A DNA stretch of 29,430 nucleotides. It comes from a virus. Lineage: Duplodnaviria > Heunggongvirae > Uroviricota > Caudoviricetes. How positions within the stretch are numbered: the first letter of the stretch is position 1; each line of letters begins with the position of its first letter. A program made the position numbers and the translations under genes. Of the stretch, positions 17,544 to 25,033 are shown piece by piece. The stretch lies in IMG/VR virus record IMGVR_UViG_2778261668_000002, one strand, 5' to 3'. The notes under the pieces are model-generated. The model saw only the letters and a list, made by a program, of their open reading frames with translations. It did no database searches and was not told where the DNA came from.

Positions 17544-17887
17544 CAGCGCGTTATCTCGGAATGAATCGCAGTGATGGCCTGACTGTCACTGACCTTGAGC
17601 ATATCAGCCAGAGTATCGGCGATATCCTGCGCACACCGGTCGGCTCACGGGTGATGCGTCGTGATTACGGCTCGTTGCTGGCATCAATGATTGACCAGCC
17701 GCAGACCCCGGCGCTTGAGTTGCAGATTAAGGTCGCCTGTTACATGGCGGTGCTGAAATGGGAACCCCGCGTCACCCTGTCGTCCGTCACCACTGAGCGC
17801 AGTTTTGACGGGCGAATGACGGTCACGTTAACCGGCCAGCACAACGACACCGGCCAGCCACTTTCATTAACCATCCCTGTGAGTTGA
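17540..17887 (+). CDS. W: Baseplate wedge protein (P2 gpW family)
   Basis: 115-aa ORF, ATGA overlap with V. Confidence 0.85.
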   Translation: MTARYLGMNRSDGLTVTDLEHISQSIGDILRTPVGSRVMRRDYGSLLASMIDQPQTPALELQIKVACYMAVLKWEPRVTLSSVTTERSFDGRMTVTLTGQHNDTGQPLSLTIPVS

Positions 17888-17891
17888 AACC

Positions 17892-18800
17892 ATGCCGATT
17901 ATCGACCTGAACCAGCTACCCGCACCGGATGTGGTCGAGGAGCTGGACTTTGAAAGCATTCTCGCTGAACGCAAGGCGACACTGATTTCCCTTTACCCGG
18001 AAGACCAGCAGGAGGCGGTCGCCCGTACCCTGACGCTGGAATCCGAGCCTCTCGTCAAACTTCTGGAGGAAAATGCTTATCGTGAGCTTATCTGGCGTCA
18101 GCGTGTGAATGAGGCCGCACGGGCGGTGATGCTGGCCTGTGCCGCCGGTAATGACCTTGATGTGATTGGTGCCAATTACAACACCACGCGCCTGATTATC
18201 ACCCCGGCAGATGATTCGACTATCCCGCCGACACCGGCAGTGATGGAGTCTGACACCGATTATCGTCTGCGTATTCAGCAGGCGTTTGAAGGTTTAAGCG
18301 TCGCCGGGTCAGTGGGAGCCTATCAGTATCATGGTCGCAGTGCCGACGGGCGTGTCGCGGATATCTCTGTCACCAGTCCGTCTCCGGCCTGTGTCACTAT
18401 CTCTGTGCTGTCTCGCGAAAATAACGGTATCGCATCCGAAGACCTGCTGGCGGTGGTGCGCAACGCCCTTAATGGTGAGGACGTCAGGCCGGTGGCCGAC
18501 CGCGTGACCGTGCAGTCTGCCGCCATCGTTGAATACCAGATAAACGCCACGCTTTACCTTTACCCTGGTCCTGAAAGCGAACCCATCCGCGCTGCTGCCG
18601 TGAAAAAACTGGAAGCGTACATCACGGCACAGCACCGGCTGGGGCGCGACATCCGTCTGTCTGCCATTTATGCCGCTTTGCATGTGGAAGGCGTGCAGCG
18701 TGTCGAGCTGGCCGCACCACTGGCCGACATTGTGCTCAACAGTACGCAGGCGTCTTTCTGCACCGAATACAGCGTCGTGACCGGAGGCTCGGATGAGTGA
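17892..18800 (+). CDS. J: Baseplate wedge protein (P2 gpJ family)
   Basis: 302-aa ORF; synteny and length match P2 J. Confidence 0.85.
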   Translation: MPIIDLNQLPAPDVVEELDFESILAERKATLISLYPEDQQEAVARTLTLESEPLVKLLEENAYRELIWRQRVNEAARAVMLACAAGNDLDVIGANYNTTRLIITPADDSTIPPTPAVMESDTDYRLRIQQAFEGLSVAGSVGAYQYHGRSADGRVADISVTSPSPACVTISVLSRENNGIASEDLLAVVRNALNGEDVRPVADRVTVQSAAIVEYQINATLYLYPGPESEPIRAAAVKKLEAYITAQHRLGRDIRLSAIYAALHVEGVQRVELAAPLADIVLNSTQASFCTEYSVVTGGSDE

Positions 18801-19404
18801 TTCGCGCCTGCTGCCGACCGGCTCATCACCGCTTGAAGTTGCCGCCGCAAAAGCCTGTGCGGAAATTGAAAAAACGCCGGTCAGTATTCGTGAGCTGTGG
18901 AACCCGGACACCTGCCCGGCAAATCTGCTGCCGTGGCTGGCGTGGTCATTTTCGGTTGACCGCTGGGATGATAAGTGGCCGGAAGCGACAAAACGCGCTG
19001 TTATCCGCGATGCGTATTTCATTCACTGCCATAAGGGCACTATAGGCGCAATCCGGCGTGTGGTGGAGCCGCTCGGCTATCTGATTGAGGTAAGGGAGTG
19101 GTGGCAGCTCAACGAGGAGCCGGGGACGTTCCGTATCGTTGTTGGCGTGCTTGAGCAGGGTATTACCGAAGAAATGTATCAGGAGCTGGAGCGCCTCGTT
19201 GCTGATGCAAAACCGGCAAGCCGCCATCTGACGGGACTGGCTATCAGTTTAAGTACAAACGGCAACATTTTTGCCGATGCGGGATGCTATCACGGCGACG
19301 CCCTGACGGTTTATCCCTACACCCCGGAGGCCATTATTGTCGGAGGGGATTATTTCCCGGCCTCGGCCATTCATTTAATTGATAACCTGAGAGTAAACGC
19401 ATGA
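18793..19404 (+). CDS. I: Baseplate protein (P2 gpI family), longer than the P2 protein as I remember it
   Basis: 203-aa ORF overlapping the J stop; synteny. Confidence 0.8.
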   Translation: MSDSRLLPTGSSPLEVAAAKACAEIEKTPVSIRELWNPDTCPANLLPWLAWSFSVDRWDDKWPEATKRAVIRDAYFIHCHKGTIGAIRRVVEPLGYLIEVREWWQLNEEPGTFRIVVGVLEQGITEEMYQELERLVADAKPASRHLTGLAISLSTNGNIFADAGCYHGDALTVYPYTPEAIIVGGDYFPASAIHLIDNLRVNA

Positions 19405-20732
19405 CAGTGAAATACTACGCCATTCTGACTAATCAGGGCGCAGCACGGCTGGCTAACGCGACGATGCTCGGCAGTAAGCTGAATCTGACGCAAATGGCCG
19501 TTGGTGATGCGAATGGTGTCTTGCCGACACCAGACCCGGCACAGACAAAACTGATTAACCAGAAACGCATCGCGCCGCTGAATCTTCTGAATGTTGACCC
19601 GAACAACCAGAGCCAGATTATTGCGGAGCAAATCATCCCTGAGAACGAGGGCGGATTCTGGATCCGTGAGATTGGGCTTTATGATGATGAAGGCGTACTC
19701 ATTGCGGTGGCGAACTGCCCGGAAACGTACAAACCGCAGTTGCAGGAAGGCAGCGGTCGTACCCAGACTATCCGCATGATTCTGGTTGTCACGAATACCG
19801 AAGCTATCACGCTGAAAATCGACCCGTCGGTGGTACTGGCGACCCGTAAATACGTGGATGATGAAGTCCTGGAATTAAGGCTGTATGTGGATGACCAGAT
19901 GAGGAACCATATTGCCGCACAGGATCCTCATACCCAGTATGCACAGAAACATAATCCGACATTTACCGGAGAACCAAAAGCGCCGACGCCTGCCGCAGGA
20001 AATAACACCACGCGGATTGCGACCACTGAGTTTGTTCAGGCCGCTATTACCGCTCTGATTAACGGTGCGCCAGCCACGCTGGACACACTGAAAGAAATTG
20101 CCGCAGCCATTAACAATGACCCGAAATTCAGCACCACCATTAACAATGCGCTGTCAGGTAAGCAGCCACTGGATGAGACGCTGACTCATTTGAGTGGAAA
20201 GGATGTTGCCGGTCTTCTCGCATACCTTGGTTTAGGGGAAGGCTCTGCTTTGCCGGTTGGCGTCCCCATTCCGTGGCCGTCAGCAACACCCCCAACGGGA
20301 TGGCTTAAGTGCAACGGAGCGGCGTTCACGGCCTCCCAGTACCCTAAGCTGGCTCAGGCCTATCCGGCGCTCAGACTGCCTGATCTACGCGGGGAGTTTA
20401 TCCGGGGATGGGATGATGGGCGTGGGGTTGATGCAGGAAGGGAATTACTGTCAAGCCAGGAGCATACCGTCATATCCCACAATCACGCGATTCCTACGAC
20501 GGTTAATACTCCAACTGCTATCCCTCCAGGTGTAGAGCAGGTGATAGCAAATGAAACTATTTTTTCTCCTGCAGCTCAATACGGATGTGACTATTGGGCT
20601 AATGGAGGCAGGACATTCACCTATATGTCTGGCGGCAAAAATGGTGCGGAGAACATCAATGATGCCTCATCAATGAAAGGTGAAACTCGTCCACGCAACG
20701 TCGTATTTAACTACATCGTGAGGGCTGCATAA
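19401..20732 (+). CDS. H: Tail fibre protein H: constant N-terminal part plus the currently expressed invertible C-terminal part
   Basis: 443 aa; N-terminus MTVKYYAILTNQGAARLANA typical of P2-like fibres; the C-terminal part contains RGEFIRGWDDGRGVD. The hix-like site at 20215-20240 lies inside the coding frame. Confidence 0.85.
   Translation: MTVKYYAILTNQGAARLANATMLGSKLNLTQMAVGDANGVLPTPDPAQTKLINQKRIAPLNLLNVDPNNQSQIIAEQIIPENEGGFWIREIGLYDDEGVLIAVANCPETYKPQLQEGSGRTQTIRMILVVTNTEAITLKIDPSVVLATRKYVDDEVLELRLYVDDQMRNHIAAQDPHTQYAQKHNPTFTGEPKAPTPAAGNNTTRIATTEFVQAAITALINGAPATLDTLKEIAAAINNDPKFSTTINNALSGKQPLDETLTHLSGKDVAGLLAYLGLGEGSALPVGVPIPWPSATPPTGWLKCNGAAFTASQYPKLAQAYPALRLPDLRGEFIRGWDDGRGVDAGRELLSSQEHTVISHNHAIPTTVNTPTAIPPGVEQVIANETIFSPAAQYGCDYWANGGRTFTYMSGGKNGAENINDASSMKGETRPRNVVFNYIVRAA
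20215..20240. repeat. hix-like 26-bp recombination site (left) inside gene H
   Basis: TTCTCGCATACCTTGGTTTAGGGGAA; 22 of 26 positions, including the central TTGGTTTAGG, match the reverse complement of the site at 22094-22119, and it resembles the hix/gix consensus as I remember it. Confidence 0.6.
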
Positions 20733-21334
20733 TGGTCAAAGCTGAATTAAATCAGGACATGATCGCCACGGTGGCCGGTGAAATCACCGTCTACAACTAC
20801 GATGGCGAGACGCGCGAATATCTTTCCACATCAACTGAATATCTTGCGGTTGGCGTCGGCATCCCGGCATGTTCTTGTTTAGATGCACCAGTTACACATA
20901 AAGCTGGTTATGCAATCTGCCGTTCTGCAGATTTTAACTCATGGGAATATGTGCCAGACCATCGCGGTGAAATTGTCTATAGCACCGAAACGGGAGATAC
21001 CAAAGAAATCACAACTCCGGGCGACTATCCCGAAAATACAACCACCCTCGCCCCGTTAACGCCATACGATGAATGGGATGGTGAGAAATGGGTGACAGAT
21101 ACTGAGGCACAGCATAGCGCCGCAGTAGGCGCGGCAGAAGCACAGCGTCAGTCACTGATTGATACTGCAATGGCTTCCATTAGTCTGATTCAACTGAAAT
21201 TGCAGGCCGGGCGGAAGCTGATGCAGACAGAAAACACCCGACTTAACGCTGTGCTGGATTACATTGACGCGGTGACGGCAACAGATACCAGCACCGCGCC
21301 GGACGTCATCTGGCCTGAACTGCCGGAGGCGTAG
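20732..21334 (+). CDS. G: Tail fibre assembly chaperone (gpG/Tfa family), inside the invertible segment
   Basis: 200-aa ORF with a TAATG overlap with H. Confidence 0.75.
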   Translation: MVKAELNQDMIATVAGEITVYNYDGETREYLSTSTEYLAVGVGIPACSCLDAPVTHKAGYAICRSADFNSWEYVPDHRGEIVYSTETGDTKEITTPGDYPENTTTLAPLTPYDEWDGEKWVTDTEAQHSAAVGAAEAQRQSLIDTAMASISLIQLKLQAGRKLMQTENTRLNAVLDYIDAVTATDTSTAPDVIWPELPEA

Positions 21335-21746
21335 GCCATTCAATATCTGGCGCACCGGAAGTATCGACCAGTTCCAGTGCGTCCAGATAATCCAGCCACA
21401 AATTATATTGCGCCAGTTCCTCACCTTTCAGGCGACCAATCGCCGCTTTACCAGGCCATTGCTTACTGTTTATGTATTCGTTGACCTGATCAATCAATTG
21501 CTGCTTTTCCAGTTCGGCTGCGGCAATTTGTTCCTCATGAGTTGGCGGTGGAATATCAATCCATGCAGGCATTCCGTCGATGACGCCTCTGTATTTTCCT
21601 TCTGGTGCTTCCTTCATAAATTCGGCGGCAACAGTGTCGTCAATTTCGATTCCATCATCGGGCCATTCGCCGGATTCCTGATAAGCGATTTTAAGCTCCA
21701 CAGGGAAAAACGCATTTTTATCGGCACTGAAAATATATTTCTGCAT
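21306..21746 (-). CDS. Alternative tail fibre assembly chaperone (Tfa), opposite orientation
   Basis: 146-aa minus-strand ORF; its C-terminus (LVDTSGAPDIEWPTPPA) is similar to the gpG C-terminus (ATDTSTAPDVIWPELPEA). Confidence 0.7.
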   Translation of the reverse strand: MQKYIFSADKNAFFPVELKIAYQESGEWPDDGIEIDDTVAAEFMKEAPEGKYRGVIDGMPAWIDIPPPTHEEQIAAAELEKQQLIDQVNEYINSKQWPGKAAIGRLKGEELAQYNLWLDYLDALELVDTSGAPDIEWPTPPAVQAR

Positions 21747-21748
21747 TT

Positions 21749-22147
21749 CTACCGTCCTATCGAAATATAACTGAATCTGTATTGCTGTGAGATATCACTG
21801 GTTGCCACACGCCACGCTGAATTACTGATATGTTCAAAATTTACAGACAAAACCTGCGGGGCAGGATTCGACGGGTCTGACTGAACGGCATCAGACATAA
21901 CACTGACTGAAACCATTGGCTGATTAGGGAATGGTATAGGGAAGTGTCCACTGATAAAGCGGGTCGTGTTTCCTGAAAAAGTGCCAAACTGAACAATATA
22001 TCCACCTGGTAGCCTGAACCATCCCGAACCAGAAGCGAATGCTCCCATATCCGGTATCTGATTATCTCCTGTGCCCACATCCCTTTTCGCCGCTTCTCCT
22101 AAACCAACGTTTATGAAAATGCAGAGATAACGGGCAACTGGCATCAT
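21749..22147 (-). CDS. Alternative tail fibre C-terminal segment, silent in this orientation; would fuse to the constant part of H after inversion
   Basis: Minus-strand reading frame running into the hix-like site at 22094-22119 and encoding ...VGLGEAAKRDVGTG..., which matches ...AYLGLGE at the hix site inside H. Confidence 0.65.
   Translation of the reverse strand: MMPVARYLCIFINVGLGEAAKRDVGTGDNQIPDMGAFASGSGWFRLPGGYIVQFGTFSGNTTRFISGHFPIPFPNQPMVSVSVMSDAVQSDPSNPAPQVLSVNFEHISNSAWRVATSDISQQYRFSYISIGR
22094..22119. repeat. hix-like 26-bp recombination site (right), about 55 bp upstream of the invertase gene
   Basis: TTCTCCTAAACCAACGTTTATGAAAA; inverted relative to the site at 20215-20240. Confidence 0.6.
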
Positions 22148-22174
22148 CTCCGGTTTTTATTCAGGGGGATGCTC

Positions 22175-22768
22175 ATGCTTATTGGCTATGTACGCGTGTC
22201 AACAAATGACCAGAACACGGAATTGCAGCGTAACGCGCTGGAGTGCGCGGGATGTGAGCGGATTTTTGAGGACAAAATCAGCGGCACGAAGTCCGACAGG
22301 CCGGGACTGAAAAAACTGCTCAGGACATTATCGGAGGGGGATACACTGGTAGTCTGGAAGCTGGACCGGCTGGGGCGTAGTATGCGGCATCTGGTCATTC
22401 TGGTTGAGGAGCTGCGCGAACGCGGCATTAATTTTCGCAGCCTGACGGATGCTATTGATACCAGCACGCCGATGGGGCGTTTTTTCTTTCATGTGATGGG
22501 TGCCCTGGCTGAAATGGAACGAGAACTCATTGTCGAGCGGACTCGGGCCGGGCTGGAAGCGGCCAGAGCCAAAGGTCGTATTGGTGGCAGACGACCGAAA
22601 CTCACCGCGAGTGAGTGGGAGCAGGCCGGGCGTTTGCTGGCTGCAGGGGAGTCACGTCAACGCGTGGCACTGATTTTTGATATTGGTCTGTCCACGCTCT
22701 ATAAAAAATTTCCCTCATCAGCGACAAAGAATAAATTGTGTCATCCCTTAGCCAACCGGGACAAATAG
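22175..22768 (+). CDS. Hin/Gin/Cin-family serine DNA invertase
   Basis: N-terminus MLIGYVRVSTNDQNTELQRNAL with the catalytic serine context and a C-terminal HTH (GLSTLYKKF); GGGGG ribosome-binding site 6 nt upstream of the ATG at 22175. Confidence 0.9.
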   Translation: MLIGYVRVSTNDQNTELQRNALECAGCERIFEDKISGTKSDRPGLKKLLRTLSEGDTLVVWKLDRLGRSMRHLVILVEELRERGINFRSLTDAIDTSTPMGRFFFHVMGALAEMERELIVERTRAGLEAARAKGRIGGRRPKLTASEWEQAGRLLAAGESRQRVALIFDIGLSTLYKKFPSSATKNKLCHPLANRDK

Positions 22769-22827
22769 CCTGACATCTCCGGCACAACTGAAAATATCAC
22801 TCACCCATTAACCACGGAGTTAAACGG

Positions 22828-24018
22828 ATGAGTGACTATCATCACGGCGTGCAGGTGCTGGAGATTAACGACGGCACCCGCGTCATTTCCACCGTATCCA
22901 CTGCCATTGTCGGCATGGTCTGCACGGCCAGCGATGCGGATGCGGAAACCTTCCCCCTCAATAAACCGGTGCTGATTACCAATGTGCAGAGTGCAATTGC
23001 AAAGGCCGGTAAAAAAGGCACGCTGGCGGCATCGTTGCAGGCCATCGCCGACCAGTCAAAACCGGTCACCGTTGTCGTACGTGTGGAAGACGGCACCGGC
23101 GACGACGAGGAAACGAAACTCGCGCAGACCGTTTCCAATATCATCGGCACCACCGACGAAAACGGTCAGTACACCGGACTGAAAGCCCTGCTGGCGGCGG
23201 AGTCGGTAACCGGTGTTAAACCGCGTATTCTCGGCGTGCCGGGACTGGACACCAAAGAGGTGGCTGTTGCACTGGCATCAGTCTGTCAGAAGCTGCGCGC
23301 TTTCGGGTATATCAGCGCATGGGGCTGTAAAACCATTTCCGAGGTGAAAGCCTACCGCCAGAATTTCAGCCAGCGTGAGCTGATGGTCATCTGGCCGGAT
23401 TTCCTCGCATGGGATACGGTCACGAGTACCACCGCCACCGCGTATGCCACCGCCCGTGCGCTGGGACTGCGTGCCAAAATCGACCAGGAGCAGGGCTGGC
23501 ATAAAACGCTGTCCAACGTCGGGGTGAACGGTGTTACCGGCATCAGCGCATCTGTATTCTGGGATTTGCAGGAGTCCGGCACCGATGCTGACCTGCTTAA
23601 CGAGTCAGGCGTCACAACACTGATTCGCCGCGACGGTTTCCGCTTCTGGGGTAACCGTACCTGCTCTGATGACCCGCTGTTCCTCTTTGAAAACTACACC
23701 CGCACCGCGCAGGTGCTGGCCGACACGATGGCTGAGGCGCACATGTGGGCGGTGGACAAGCCCATCACCGCAACGCTGATTCGCGACATCGTTGACGGCA
23801 TCAATGCCAAATTCCGTGAGCTGAAAACAAACGGCTATATCGTGGATGCGACCTGCTGGTTCAGCGAAGAATCCAACGATGCGGAAACCCTCAAGGCCGG
23901 AAAACTGTATATCGACTACGACTATACACCGGTGCCTCCTCTTGAAAACCTGACCCTGCGCCAGCGTATTACCGATAAATACCTGGTAAATCTGGTCACC
24001 TCGGTTAACAGCAATTAA
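22828..24018 (+). CDS. FI: Contractile tail sheath protein (P2 gpFI family)
   Basis: 396-aa ORF with GGAG ribosome-binding site; length matches P2 FI. Confidence 0.9.
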   Translation: MSDYHHGVQVLEINDGTRVISTVSTAIVGMVCTASDADAETFPLNKPVLITNVQSAIAKAGKKGTLAASLQAIADQSKPVTVVVRVEDGTGDDEETKLAQTVSNIIGTTDENGQYTGLKALLAAESVTGVKPRILGVPGLDTKEVAVALASVCQKLRAFGYISAWGCKTISEVKAYRQNFSQRELMVIWPDFLAWDTVTSTTATAYATARALGLRAKIDQEQGWHKTLSNVGVNGVTGISASVFWDLQESGTDADLLNESGVTTLIRRDGFRFWGNRTCSDDPLFLFENYTRTAQVLADTMAEAHMWAVDKPITATLIRDIVDGINAKFRELKTNGYIVDATCWFSEESNDAETLKAGKLYIDYDYTPVPPLENLTLRQRITDKYLVNLVTSVNSN

Positions 24019-24030
24019 GGAGCCTGACCG

Positions 24031-24549
24031 ATGGCAATGCCGCGCAAACTCAAGTTAATGAACGTCTTTCTGAACGGCTACAGCTATCAGGGCGTCGCGA
24101 AGTCCGTCACGCTACCAAAACTGACCCGTAAGCTCGAAAACTATCGCGGTGCGGGGATGAACGGCAGCGCACCGGTAGACCTCGGCCTTGATGACGATGC
24201 GCTGTCAATGGAGTGGTCGCTCGGTGGCTTCCCGGATTCGGTTATCTGGGAGCTTTACGCCGCAACCGGTGTGGATGCCGTACCGATTCGTTTTGCAGGC
24301 TCTTACCAGCGCGACGATACCGGCGAAACGGTGGCCGTCGAGGTGGTCATGCGTGGACGTCAGAAAGAAATCGACACCGGCGAGGGCAAACAGGGAGAAG
24401 ACACCGAGTCGAAAATCTCCGTGGTCTGCACCTATTTCCGGCTGACGATGGACGGTAAGGAGCTGGTCGAAATCGACACCATCAACATGATTGAGAAGGT
24501 GAACGGCGTCGACCGGCTGGAGCAACACCGCCGCAATATCGGCCTGTGA
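24031..24549 (+). CDS. FII: Tail tube protein (P2 gpFII family)
   Basis: 172-aa ORF with AAGGAG ribosome-binding site; length matches P2 FII. Confidence 0.9.
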   Translation: MAMPRKLKLMNVFLNGYSYQGVAKSVTLPKLTRKLENYRGAGMNGSAPVDLGLDDDALSMEWSLGGFPDSVIWELYAATGVDAVPIRFAGSYQRDDTGETVAVEVVMRGRQKEIDTGEGKQGEDTESKISVVCTYFRLTMDGKELVEIDTINMIEKVNGVDRLEQHRRNIGL

Positions 24550-24605
24550 TTTTCATCCGGTCAGCCTGGCTGACCGGTTAACCCCGATTCAGAAGTGAGA
24601 AAACC

Positions 24606-24881
24606 ATGAACAAAGAAAATGTGATTACCCTGGACAATCCGGTCAAGCGTGGTGAGCAGGTTATCGAACAGGTCACGCTGATGAAACCTAATGCCGGGAC
24701 GCTGCGCGGTGTCAGTCTGGCTGCGGTCGCGAACTCTGAAGTCGATGCACTGATTAAAGTGCTGCCGCGCATGACGGCACCGATGCTGACCGAGCAGGAG
24801 GTCGCCGCACTGGAACTGCCTGACCTTGTGGCGCTGGCCGGTAAGGTGGTCGGTTTTTTGTCGCCGAACTCGGTGCAGTGA
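24606..24881 (+). CDS. E: Tail assembly chaperone E (zero-frame product)
   Basis: 91-aa ORF between the tail tube and tape measure genes. Confidence 0.8.
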   Translation: MNKENVITLDNPVKRGEQVIEQVTLMKPNAGTLRGVSLAAVANSEVDALIKVLPRMTAPMLTEQEVAALELPDLVALAGKVVGFLSPNSVQ

Positions 24882-25033
24882 CGTTCCCGAAAAATCTCTC
24901 GGTCGATGACCTGATGGCGGATGTGGCAGTGATATTTCACTGGCCGCCATCAGAACTGTATCCCATGAGCCTGACCGAACTCATCACATGGCGCGAAAAG
25001 GCGCTCCGGCGAAGCGGAAACACGAATGAGTAA
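24606..25033 (+). CDS. Tail assembly chaperone E+E-prime, made by a programmed -1 ribosomal frameshift
   Basis: Slippery heptamer T-TTT-TTG at 24854-24860 inside E; the -1 frame is open from there to a TAA at 25031-25033, giving a 142-aa fusion ending ...LRRSGNTNE that overlaps the start of T. Confidence 0.7.

Larger units (their letters stand above)
20228..22106. other. Invertible tail-fibre host-range segment (approximately 1.9 kb) between the two hix-like sites
   Basis: Two alternative fibre C-terminus plus Tfa gene pairs in opposite orientations, flanked by inverted hix-like sites and an adjacent serine invertase gene. Confidence 0.6.

Noticed and set aside
24561-24950. Minus-strand ORFs overlapping gene E and the E-prime frameshift region
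   Set aside because: Antisense to a conserved chaperone gene; no start signals; Arg/His-rich low-complexity translation.
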